Shown: positions 9,437 to 20,532 of the stretch, piece after piece
How the letters are laid out: each line of letters opens with the position of its first letter
Position numbering within the stretch: position 1 is the first letter of the stretch
Assembly (NCBI GenBank): GCA_903907985.1
Contig: CAIVQG010000057.1
Coordinates: 78,614 to 142,613 of the forward strand
Direction: 5' to 3'
DNA: 64,000 nucleotides
Source: an uncultured delta proteobacterium
GTDB taxonomy: Bacteria; Desulfobacterota; Syntrophia; Syntrophales; Smithellaceae
The notes under the pieces: generated by a model
The model's database searches: none
Seen by the model: the letters and a program-made list of their open reading frames with translations, nothing else
What the model was told of the DNA's origin: nothing
Made by a program: the position numbers and the translations under genes

Positions 9437-9763
9437 ATGAGGAATTTAGTTTATTTGAAAGACGTGGTAACTTTACAGCTCAACGAAAACAAATGCACCG
9501 GCTGCGGGATGTGCCTGGACGTCTGTCCCCATGCAGTTTTCAAAATGAACAGCTCTCATGCCGTCATCAAGAATCGCGATGCCTGCATGGAATGCGGTGC
9601 ATGCAGCCGTAATTGTCCCTTTGAAGCTATTTCCGTGGAGGCTAATGTCGGATGTGCGGCTGCTGTCCTCTACTCCATGCTGGGGCAGGAGGGTGGCGCT
9701 TGTTCCTGTTCCATCGAATCAGGCAACGAAGTGACAGTTGGGAAAGGCGGATGTTGCGGCTAA
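9437..9763 (+). CDS. hgcB: Mercury methylation ferredoxin HgcB
   Basis: 108 aa with two CX2CX2CX3C clusters (CTGCGMCLDVC; CMECGACSRNC, including the CMECGA motif) and a C-terminal vicinal Cys pair (GGCCG). RBS is AGGAGG. Confidence 0.85.
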   Translation: MRNLVYLKDVVTLQLNENKCTGCGMCLDVCPHAVFKMNSSHAVIKNRDACMECGACSRNCPFEAISVEANVGCAAAVLYSMLGQEGGACSCSIESGNEVTVGKGGCCG

Positions 9764-9793
9764 GCATCAGCCAACAGTCAAGGAGAATCTAAA

Positions 9794-10276
9794 ATGCCGC
9801 TGGCTCTTAAACCTAAAGAAATAAAAACCGAATTTGATAACAACAAATCTGTGCTCATTATCGCCTGTGGCGTTTGCCCGAAGATGTGCCTGGCTGCGCA
9901 AAACATAAAACCATATTTTTCGCTATTGGGCAGCTCCAAAGAAAATGCTTTTAAAGAATATATGCAAGGGATACGCAATAAGCTTGCGCAAAATGGTATC
10001 GCCTCGGCAGTTTTCCAGGCGCCGATAGACACGCCCATGTGTTTGTGGCCGTTAAGAAACAGACAAAAAATAACAAAGCTTGCCAATAACCATGATGCCA
10101 TTGCCGTTGTCGGCTGTGATTCGGCTTTGGCAACTGTTAAAAGCTCAGTGATATCAGCCGACAAAAATATTGTCCAGATGATGGACGTTATCGGAATTGC
10201 CAATTTTGTTTCGAGGATTAGTTTTCCGTTCAATATTTATCTGGAAGCAGCAACAGATAAAGAAATACCACTATAG
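9794..10276 (+). CDS. Hypothetical Cys-motif protein downstream of hgcB
   Basis: 160-aa ORF starting 30 nt after hgcB, with motifs IIACGVCPKMC and VVGCDSA. I do not recognise a family. Confidence 0.5.
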   Translation: MPLALKPKEIKTEFDNNKSVLIIACGVCPKMCLAAQNIKPYFSLLGSSKENAFKEYMQGIRNKLAQNGIASAVFQAPIDTPMCLWPLRNRQKITKLANNHDAIAVVGCDSALATVKSSVISADKNIVQMMDVIGIANFVSRISFPFNIYLEAATDKEIPL

Positions 10277-10282
10277 AAGGAT

Positions 10283-10912
10283 ATGGGCATGGAATATTTT
10301 GTACTGGCGATTTTGTGGATCACCTTTTGTACGCTACACAGCGCGCTGATCAGCGTTACTTTTACCAACTATATAAAACAAAAAATCGGGGGTTCGTATC
10401 GGTTTTACCGATTGTTTTATAATATCTTCTCCATCATTACATTGATTCCTGTACTCCTCTATGCTGCATCAATAAGGCAGCAACCGTTTTTTGTCTGGGA
10501 TGGTTATTTGTTACCCGTTAAATATATCCTTCTTTTTATCGGGATTCTATGTTTCGCTATGGGTTCAAGGCGCTACAACTTTGGTCAATTCTCAGGATTG
10601 GCACAGATCAAAGAAGGCACAAATCACAACCTGATCAACAAAACCGGCAAGTTATCTTCCCGCGGAATTCTCGGCGTTGTCCGGCATCCATTTTATGCGG
10701 GAATATTTCCGCTGATCTGGTCCAATGATCTTGATATTACTTCGCTCATCACAAATATAATCCTGAGCATCTATGTAATAATCGGCACGCTACTGGAGGA
10801 ACACAAGCTGATCCTGGAATTTGGTGATGCTTACCGTCAATATCAGCAAAGCGTATCTATGCTTTTCCCCTTCCAATGGATTAAGAAAAAACTTGGTTTT
10901 ATGCCCACCTGA
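10283..10912 (+). CDS. Membrane methyltransferase-like protein (ICMT/PEMT/NnrU superfamily)
   Basis: 209 aa, 4-5 TM, with RHPFYAG...EE...L...FG..Y..Y, the pattern typical of isoprenylcysteine/phospholipid methyltransferase-like proteins. It starts 6 nt after the preceding ORF. Confidence 0.6.
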   Translation: MGMEYFVLAILWITFCTLHSALISVTFTNYIKQKIGGSYRFYRLFYNIFSIITLIPVLLYAASIRQQPFFVWDGYLLPVKYILLFIGILCFAMGSRRYNFGQFSGLAQIKEGTNHNLINKTGKLSSRGILGVVRHPFYAGIFPLIWSNDLDITSLITNIILSIYVIIGTLLEEHKLILEFGDAYRQYQQSVSMLFPFQWIKKKLGFMPT

Positions 10913-11080
10913 TTCTCAGGGGTTGATTTAGTGGTGGTTCTAATATTATTTGACGATTCGATATTTTCAGTGTACGGAAGCGACTAATGATCCGAAAAAA
11001 TGGATGCCGTTTAGTTTACAGTTTCCGCTGTTTTTCGGAACAGATTTAAAAAACAACCCCATTGCAAGAGGAGAAAACTA

Positions 11081-11422
11081 ATGAACGAATCTAAAATGAC
11101 GGATATTAAAATAAATATCGATAACCTTTACAAGGAAGAGTCCTTCACGGACCTGACCTATGCCACGATCCGGCGTCTCACACCCGTCAAGATTGACGGC
11201 TCGACCGATGAGAGCAGGGAAGTAATTTTTACCGGAATAGCACAGCTCATGTCCCCCAATGGACCGATTCCTGTTCAGTGTCATATTGAAGGGGCAAAGA
11301 GTCTCAGCGAGGCAGCGGCCCAATTACCCGAAGCAATTGAAAAAACTGTTCAGGCAATGATTGCTGAAGCCAAAGAAATGCAACGTCAGGAATCATCCAA
11401 ACTCATTGTTCCCGGCCGATAA
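11081..11422 (+). CDS. Hypothetical protein
   Basis: 113-aa ORF with a GAGGAG RBS, followed by a terminator. Confidence 0.5.
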   Translation: MNESKMTDIKINIDNLYKEESFTDLTYATIRRLTPVKIDGSTDESREVIFTGIAQLMSPNGPIPVQCHIEGAKSLSEAAAQLPEAIEKTVQAMIAEAKEMQRQESSKLIVPGR

Positions 11423-11429
11423 GAAATAC

Positions 11430-11462
11430 GGGTAGTGCCTATTTCAGAAATGGGCACTACCC
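11430..11462. terminator. Bidirectional stem-loop between convergent genes
   Basis: GGGTAGTGCC-N13-GGCACTACCC followed by TTT. Confidence 0.5.
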
Positions 11463-11492
11463 TTTAAATCGGCATTAGTCCTGACTTAAATT

Positions 11493-11978
11493 TTACAAAA
11501 TAAGTTCAAATGTCTGTTCCACTACTGGCTTGCCCCAATGAGAACCTTCCTGTTCTTCAACGATATCAAATCCTGCCTGCTCATATAAGTAGCGGGCAGC
11601 ATCCAGGCCGGCAAAGGTTTTCAGATATACTTTTTTATAATTTCTCTTCCGGCAAAAACCAATAGTCTCACTCATTAGGCTTTTTCCTAATCCCCGGCCC
11701 TGATATTCCGGCGCAATTATGAGCCAGCGCAATCTGGCGCTTTGTGCAGGGGATTGATCTCCCACAATGGCAATCGACCCGACGACCTCATCATCAACAA
11801 CAGTCCAGAAGCCATCCCGAACCGGATTAAAGGATTGCATGAATTGTGCTAATTCCACGGCTATCTTCGCTTCAAAATAAAGACCGAATCCCCAGTTCCG
11901 ATGATAATAACTGGCATGTAGTTGGGTTACTCTACCGATGGCACCGGGCATGTATCCCGCAATAATTGTGCAAGCCAT
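11493..11978 (-). CDS. GNAT-family N-acetyltransferase
   Basis: 161 aa with an acetyl-CoA motif (YQGRGLGKSLM). Confidence 0.8.
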   Translation of the reverse strand: MACTIIAGYMPGAIGRVTQLHASYYHRNWGFGLYFEAKIAVELAQFMQSFNPVRDGFWTVVDDEVVGSIAIVGDQSPAQSARLRWLIIAPEYQGRGLGKSLMSETIGFCRKRNYKKVYLKTFAGLDAARYLYEQAGFDIVEEQEGSHWGKPVVEQTFELIL

Positions 11979-12017
11979 ATACTTTCTCTAGAAGCGATTA
12001 TTTCTTGACATTGCCAT

Positions 12018-12365
12018 TTACGAGCGAATCATAATCAAAAGCATTTTGAATTTTTCCAGCGCTTTCAGGGCATGCGGCTTATTGGCCGGCATAATGATCA
12101 TTTCGCCGTCCTTCAGAAAATGGGGCTTCCCGGAAATGTGTATTTCCACTTCTCCATCAACCACGTAAACGAGAGCATCAAAGGGAGCCGTATGTTCGCT
12201 CAAACCCTGTCCCTTGGCAAAGGCAAAAACGGTAACTGTTCCGGCATCCTTACTGGCAATCTCCCTGCTGACAATGGCATTGTCCTGATAGCTGACGGCA
12301 TCGAGCAAATTAAATTTATCTGCCGGATTTATTTGGTCTTCCTTATGCTTTTTGGGGGATGTCAT
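12018..12365 (-). CDS. Cupin-domain protein
   Basis: 115 aa with cupin motifs (HTAPFDALVYVVDGEVEI...GEMIIMPANKPHAL). Confidence 0.75.
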   Translation of the reverse strand: MTSPKKHKEDQINPADKFNLLDAVSYQDNAIVSREIASKDAGTVTVFAFAKGQGLSEHTAPFDALVYVVDGEVEIHISGKPHFLKDGEMIIMPANKPHALKALEKFKMLLIMIRS

Positions 12366-12389
12366 TTTTCGATCTCCTTCGCTCCAAGT

Positions 12390-12842
12390 TTATTTCTGTT
12401 TTAGCTTCTTGACCATGGCCATTATTGTGGACTGCATTGTGGCAATGAGTTTTTCTTCACCATTATCGCAGGCCATTACCTCACCCTGGCAAACAGTTAA
12501 TGTCCGACCTGCTTTGATTACTTTTCCGATGGCAATGAACTTTTCTCCTTTTGCCGGCGATAGAAAATTTATCTTGAACTCCACGGCAAGCACGGCGGAG
12601 GTGGCCGGCATTAAAGTATATGCGGCATACCCGCAGGCATTATCTACAATGGCGGTTATGATTCCGGCATGAAGGTGTTTATTCTGTTGTGTCCAGGCAA
12701 GATCATAAGGAAGCTCAACGTGAACTTCCCCGGCGGCAATTTTGATCAGTTTGGCGTCCAGAGTCTTCATTAATTGCTGTTTGGCGAAACTTGATCGGAC
12801 ACGCCTGGCAAAATTGGGATCAGATGGATTAAAATCAGGCAT
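12390..12842 (-). CDS. PaaI/hotdog-fold thioesterase
   Basis: 150 aa with a hotdog thioesterase pattern (LHAGIITAIVDNACGYAA...GRTLTVCQGEV). Confidence 0.75.
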   Translation of the reverse strand: MPDFNPSDPNFARRVRSSFAKQQLMKTLDAKLIKIAAGEVHVELPYDLAWTQQNKHLHAGIITAIVDNACGYAAYTLMPATSAVLAVEFKINFLSPAKGEKFIAIGKVIKAGRTLTVCQGEVMACDNGEEKLIATMQSTIMAMVKKLKQK

Positions 12843-13098
12843 AAATTTAACTCCCTCGGTAAAATGACTATTCCAGATTCGACTTTTTGCTGTCCAATTA
12901 TAGGTAAAAACCCCTTATGTGTCAACGACAAACGGCGCCACATATCAACAAAATATTTTTTTATTACGCACATTTAGACTATATTAGGAGTCAAATCGAT
13001 CAATCACCGGTATATCAGGCTTATATTTCTTGAGTATAATTATCATTGCTGGTATAAAAAGCGGCTTGTTTTTTCAAATTTCATTAAGGAAGTGTAAA

Positions 13099-14226
13099 AT
13101 GCAAAACCCTAATTTTAGTTCAGGCCCTTGCAGTAAAAGACCAGGCTGGAACCTGGATGCCCTCAAAGACACACCGGTAGGCCGTTCGCACCGCTCCGCG
13201 CTGGGCAAAGAAAGAATAATTAAAGCAATTAATGACACAAAAAAAATCCTAAACATACCCGCCGATTATCTCGTTGGCATTATGCCCGCTTCTGATACCG
13301 GCGCTTTTGAAGCCGCCATGTGGAGCCTCTTAGGGCCCAAACCGGTTACAGTATTAGTATGGGAGAGTTTTTCCGACGGCTGGGCTACGGATATTACGAA
13401 ACAACTCAAGCTCAACCCAAAAGTTTTAAAAGCCGATTATGGAAAACTGCCTGACCTGAAATTTGTTGACTGGACTAATGACGTCGTCTTTGTGGCCAAC
13501 GGCACGACTAGCGGCGTAAAAGTTCCTGACTGGAATTGGATTCCCGACAATCGCGAAGGGTTATCTTTATGTGATGCCACCAGCGCTACTTTTGCGATGG
13601 AAATGGACTGGTCGAAGCTGGATGTAACTACCTTTTCCTGGCAAAAATGCTTAGGCGGTGAAGCCGCCCACGGAATGCTGGTATTGAGTCCCCGAGCGGT
13701 CGCCCGTCTGGAATCTTATGATCCACCCTGGCCGATGCCCAAAATTTTCCGCCTCAAGAAAAGCGGGAAAATTAACCGCGCTATCTTCGACGGCGATGTT
13801 ATCAATACTGTTTCCATGGTTTGCGTGGAAGATTATCTGGACGCCTTAAAGTGGGCGGGAGAAATCGGGCTTTCCGGTCTGATAAAAAGAAGCATGGCTA
13901 ATTTGCGCGCCGTCGAAGACTGGGTTGCCAAAACCGATTGGGTTGATTTTCTTGCTCATGATGCCCAAACCCGCTCGAACACTTCAGTTTGTTTGATAGT
14001 GACCAGCGCCAAAGTGGATAAGCTACCGAGCGAAGATAAAGGGAAATTTCTCAAAAGCATTGCCTCAGAATTAAGCAAGAAGAATATCGCCCACGACATC
14101 AATGCCTACAAGGATGCACCCGCGGGATACCGCTTCTGGTGCGGCCCGACCATTGAAGAAAACGATATTAAAACAGCGCTTACGGAACTGGAAAAGGTCT
14201 ATAACGAAAAGATTAAGAATCTGTAA
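13099..14226 (+). CDS. serC: Phosphoserine aminotransferase
   Basis: Class-V aminotransferase-like sequence starting [17 protein letters not shown], upstream of serA. The ATG at 13099 has an AAGGA RBS; the track start at 13030 is less likely. Confidence 0.75.
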   Translation: MQNPNFSSGPCSKRPGWNLDALKDTPVGRSHRSALGKERIIKAINDTKKILNIPADYLVGIMPASDTGAFEAAMWSLLGPKPVTVLVWESFSDGWATDITKQLKLNPKVLKADYGKLPDLKFVDWTNDVVFVANGTTSGVKVPDWNWIPDNREGLSLCDATSATFAMEMDWSKLDVTTFSWQKCLGGEAAHGMLVLSPRAVARLESYDPPWPMPKIFRLKKSGKINRAIFDGDVINTVSMVCVEDYLDALKWAGEIGLSGLIKRSMANLRAVEDWVAKTDWVDFLAHDAQTRSNTSVCLIVTSAKVDKLPSEDKGKFLKSIASELSKKNIAHDINAYKDAPAGYRFWCGPTIEENDIKTALTELEKVYNEKIKNL

Positions 14227-14240
14227 TTAGGAGAATTGTT

Positions 14241-17134
<2,894 letters not shown>

Positions 17135-17313
17135 TTTTTATTTCAAAGTTACCGGCAAGAAAAGGCACCAGAACGAAGAGGGATTATGCGGAATGGATCA
17201 TCAACATTTTGGCAAATCCGGCAAAAGTTAATCTGACAAATTTTTATTGGTTTCTTCTTGACACAGCAGAAACTAGCTGTTAAGGAGACACCTTCAAAAA
17301 TAATCCCATCTGT

Positions 17314-17388
17314 GGGCTGTTAGCTCAGCGGTAGAGCAGCGGACTTTTAATCCGTTGGCCGGGGGTTCAAATCCCCCACGGCCCACCA
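17314..17388 (+). tRNA. tRNA-Lys (anticodon UUU), CCA encoded
   Basis: Hand-folded cloverleaf: acceptor GGGCUGU/ACGGCCC, D-arm GCUC-AGCGGUA-GAGC, anticodon loop CU-UUU-AA, T-arm GGGGG-UUCAAAU-CCCCC. Confidence 0.85.
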
Positions 17389-17399
17389 CGAATATCAAG

Positions 17400-17435
17400 G
17401 GTTTCCGGTACTTTACACCGGAAACCACCTTTTTC
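17400..17435 (+). terminator. Rho-independent terminator after tRNA-Lys
   Basis: GGTTTCCGGT-N7-ACCGGAAACC followed by ACCTTTTT. Confidence 0.6.
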
Positions 17436-17440
17436 AAACT

Positions 17441-17500
17441 TCCTCAAATTTCCTCAAAATAGCTCCTTTTTACCGCCTCATGCGGTACAAATGCGGTACA
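17441..17500. repeat. Two pairs of helical-phase direct repeats at the tRNA/prophage junction
   Basis: TCCTCAAA occurs at 17441 and 17451, and ATGCGGTACA at 17480 and 17491. Confidence 0.6.
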
Positions 17501-17501
17501 T

Positions 17502-18092
17502 TTATTTAGTAATCGGCTGCGCTTTTGCCAGCAAACCAGTTTTCACTTCACTTGATCGACTTGATCCAAAGAAGTACCCGACCACCATGCCGGCATCTGT
17601 CGAAAGTGACCCAAACAGAATATTGAGTAATGGGTTATTGAGATCAACTTCCGGGAAAACTGCGGCCATAATAATCAGGCCTATTATCGAACCGATAAAG
17701 CCGCCCATAATCACCCAGGCCAAAACGTAAAGGTTTAAATCAGACTTGCCGGTAGCTTTTTCGTGTTCTACTTGTCTTTGTCTTGCGCTTTGAACGTCTG
17801 CGAGTTGTGCCTGCAGTTCCTTAATATCCTGATCCCGTCGCGTTAATTGGAAGGCGTTTTCGGCGGCAATTATTTTCAATTTAGTTTCGGGGTCTGCTGT
17901 CTGTATGGCGGCAAGAACATCATCATGGGAAGCATTATCAGGCAAACCGAATTGTTTTGCCAAAGCCCCGATGGCTGCAACTGCTGCGGCGGCTGGTGCC
18001 CCTACTCCTGATGATACCAGTAAGGCAGCAATCCCGGGCGCATAAGTTCCGATGGCCCCTGCTATTTTCTGTAATGTGGTTTCCTCTGACAT
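17502..18092 (-). CDS. Phage membrane protein (3-TM holin-like or lysis accessory)
   Basis: 196 aa with an Ala/Gly-rich hydrophobic N-terminus, a central coiled segment and two C-terminal TM helices. It is the last gene of the lysis cluster. Confidence 0.45.
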   Translation of the reverse strand: MSEETTLQKIAGAIGTYAPGIAALLVSSGVGAPAAAAVAAIGALAKQFGLPDNASHDDVLAAIQTADPETKLKIIAAENAFQLTRRDQDIKELQAQLADVQSARQRQVEHEKATGKSDLNLYVLAWVIMGGFIGSIIGLIIMAAVFPEVDLNNPLLNILFGSLSTDAGMVVGYFFGSSRSSEVKTGLLAKAQPITK

Positions 18093-18093
18093 T

Positions 18094-18606
18094 TCATCCC
18101 CCCACTAACATTCCGTATATTGCTTCCGGGCGTTCCACTTTGCCGTCGTCGGTCCCGTCCGGATCTCCGTGTAACTGTATCCAATAATCAGATAACTTTG
18201 TTTTCGTCTTCCCGTCGGCGTATTTCAACTCGTTCGCGGCTCCCTGCCAATCCTTAATATTTATATTGTGACAGAAGGTAGGAAATTTGTGACTAATCTT
18301 GAACCGGCCCATGTTGAAGATAAGGTCGATAAGAGCCATCTGGCGGTTTTCGGTAAAAGAATCGAAGTCCGGAAATAGATCCTTGCAATCCTGTGTTGCT
18401 TCCTTGATGGATATTTCCAGAAGGGTATCGATCATTTCCTCGGTGATCTCGCCGTGCTCGTCCAGGTAGGCTTTAATCGGTGCCGGTAAGGGCCGATCTG
18501 TAAAGTTCCAGCCGACGCCGATGGTCCGCTTCGGAGGCGTCGCCGTGTCTTTGTAAGGTTTTCTCTTTCGGCCTTCATGGCTGGTGAGTAATTCTGTTAT
18601 CGTCAT
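18094..18606 (-). CDS. Endolysin, GH24 (T4-type) lysozyme
   Basis: The E-D-T catalytic pattern lies in HEGRKRKPYKDTATPPKRTIGVG. The ATG at 18606 has a GGGGGA RBS and overlaps the upstream stop (ATGA). Confidence 0.8.
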   Translation of the reverse strand: MTITELLTSHEGRKRKPYKDTATPPKRTIGVGWNFTDRPLPAPIKAYLDEHGEITEEMIDTLLEISIKEATQDCKDLFPDFDSFTENRQMALIDLIFNMGRFKISHKFPTFCHNINIKDWQGAANELKYADGKTKTKLSDYWIQLHGDPDGTDDGKVERPEAIYGMLVGG

Positions 18607-18923
18607 GGTTCCCCCGCACAACTAAGTTTCATACCTGTTCGCGTTTCGTGGGCGCCTTCAAGATGGGACAGTCTGTTTTCATGGTTGGTAAGTTTTTTAA
18701 AGATTTCTGTCTGGTTGGCGTCGATGGTCCTTAATGTCCGGCAAATAAACCATGCAACGATGAAGAACAAACCTCCGATCAATGCTTGCATGAGGTCAAC
18801 GTGCTCGAACCATGATGGCTCCGCCTTAAATACAGCGGCATAGGCGTAATCGATTAGACTAATCAGTGGTAAGCCGAAGATTATACCCACCATTACGATA
18901 AATACTCTGGTTGCTTTTTTCAT
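18603..18923 (-). CDS. Two-TM membrane protein, holin candidate
   Basis: 106 aa with two TM helices and a charged coiled C-terminus. It lies immediately upstream of the endolysin and overlaps it. Confidence 0.5.
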   Translation of the reverse strand: MKKATRVFIVMVGIIFGLPLISLIDYAYAAVFKAEPSWFEHVDLMQALIGGLFFIVAWFICRTLRTIDANQTEIFKKLTNHENRLSHLEGAHETRTGMKLSCAGEP

Positions 18924-18945
18924 GGCCAGTGCCTCCGCGTTTATT

Positions 18946-19275
18946 TTATTTGTAAAACTCCATTGTCACCGTGCATATTGCAGAGGCTATAATGCCAATG
19001 GTTGTGGCCGTGGCCGGGATCGCATATAATCGGTCTGTTAATATAAGGATACTTGCCGTTCCATCGGTTACATCTGCCGCAGGGATAACCGCAGCTCCAC
19101 CAAAGTTTATCCAAAATGGGATAGTGCCGGTAAATCGGACGCTTCTCGCGCCGGCCGGGATAGTATGGACCTTTGCCGTAGTCGCCGCTAAAACCCTGGC
19201 ATCCATATAAGCGGAAAAATTCAATCCATCTGCCAAAAACCCGTTACCATCTGATACCTGAGATAATCGATTCAT
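18946..19275 (-). CDS. Hypothetical phage protein
   Basis: 109-aa ORF with an AAAGGAG RBS. It is the first gene after conserved element copy A. Confidence 0.5.
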   Translation of the reverse strand: MNRLSQVSDGNGFLADGLNFSAYMDARVLAATTAKVHTIPAGARSVRFTGTIPFWINFGGAAVIPAADVTDGTASILILTDRLYAIPATATTIGIIASAICTVTMEFYK

Positions 19276-19302
19276 GTTTTTTCTCCTTTGCTATTTAAAA
19301 TG

Positions 19303-19380
19303 AAAAAGCCTAAATCACCGGGTATCCCCGACAACTTAGGCTTTCAGTCCCTTTTATGTGCGAAGGCTTAATAAGTACCT
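19303..19380 (-). repeat. Conserved RNA-like element, copy A (conserved 5' block plus terminator-like hairpin)
   Basis: Minus sense reads AGGTACTTATTAAGCCTTCGCA-N6-AAGGGACTGAAAGCC, then hairpin AAAGCCTAA/TTAGGCTTT, then TTTTT. It is near-identical to 42809-42891. Confidence 0.6.
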
Positions 19381-19963
19381 AAATCAGATTTAATACTACT
19401 GCCTGAGTCAACTATTTCAACAAAATATTTAAAAAGTTTTACAGTGAGCCGCTTACTGGGTAGTGTCCTAATTTGGGTTATTTGGTAAGTTTAAAAAATT
19501 CCTTAAAGGAGTAAAAACATGAATCGATTTTGCCTCTTGTGTTTTATTCTACTGTATATTGTTTTTTAAGGAATATTAATTTTGCAAAGGATTGGAAATG
19601 CTAACCCTGAATTATCCGAAAAAGGTAGTGACTCATTTTGAATTAATCACAACTTGGCAATTATGCTGTCTTTTAATATATTGGATACATGAGGCCGATC
19701 AAGCAAACCATTACCGAAAGATGCAAATAAGAGAGGGTTCGAGATCGTGCAGCTTTCGACCGAAGAACCGAAAGAAACAGAAAAAGCAGCAAACGCACGA
19801 TGGAATAAAAAAGATATATAGAGCATACCATCAATATAAATCAATACAATATCTAGCGGTCAACTGTTTAATTACCACAATCTATAGAACACTTCCTTTT
19901 AATATTTAAATTCCCCCCCCCACAGGTTTATTAGCTTATTCGTTGCCCCATCAAACGTAATGC

Positions 19964-19999
19964 TTGACTTTGGTTGACACAATGTGATATAGCTATAAC
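19964..19999 (+). promoter_or_regulatory. Candidate promoter of the moron cassette
   Basis: TTGACT (19964) and TTGACA (19974) are followed by TGTGATATAGCTATAAC, then an AGGAGG RBS before the ATG at 20014. Confidence 0.4.
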
Positions 20000-20013
20000 T
20001 CAGGAGGTGAAAT

Positions 20014-20517
20014 ATGAATAAGGCAAATATTCTGTCAATTATAGCCGATCTCAAAATAGAATTAAAACAAATTAATGAATCAAAACAGCAGATTGAAGAT
20101 TCAATAAACTCACTGTATAAGCTGATAGGTAAAAAAGGACAGGTTAGTGACGGTATTACCCCTAAAGTGGCTAGTCCTAATCAGCAAAATACAAGAACCA
20201 ATTATGGTGTGCAAACAGACAAGGGAGTGGACGCAATAGTACCTAGCTATAGAGTACGTGTCGTTCTTAATAACATGCGGGGACGATTTTTACGCTCAGA
20301 ACTCTATAGAAATGCCGCTAACGATGGCCATGGGCCTATTGCACCAGGAACATTTGCTAATATATTTGCTAAGCTGATAAAAAGAAAAGGAATTTTTTGT
20401 GTGGAAGGCGAATATGGCCAGAGAAACGCTGTCTATTTAAAAGCGGATGAATATGAAAAGTCAAATACTGAGTCCCCTATCAATCTTACCGTGGCATTAA
20501 AGGAAGATGAAAAATAA
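20014..20517 (+). CDS. Hypothetical protein (N-terminal coiled coil, C-terminal wHTH-like)
   Basis: 167-aa ORF with a strong RBS. It is AT-rich and on the opposite strand to the phage late genes. Confidence 0.55.
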   Translation: MNKANILSIIADLKIELKQINESKQQIEDSINSLYKLIGKKGQVSDGITPKVASPNQQNTRTNYGVQTDKGVDAIVPSYRVRVVLNNMRGRFLRSELYRNAANDGHGPIAPGTFANIFAKLIKRKGIFCVEGEYGQRNAVYLKADEYEKSNTESPINLTVALKEDEK

Positions 20518-20532
20518 AAGGAGGCAGTAGTT

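Noticed and set aside
9406-9612. A 68-aa ORF overlapping the hgcB start in another frame.
   Set aside because: The hgcB frame has the ferredoxin Cys clusters and an AGGAGG RBS, while the alternative has neither.
19592-19909. A 105-aa plus-strand ORF in the AT-rich stretch.
   Set aside because: It has a TTG start and no RBS, with a low-complexity Lys/Gln/Ile-rich translation typical of random ORFs in AT-rich DNA.
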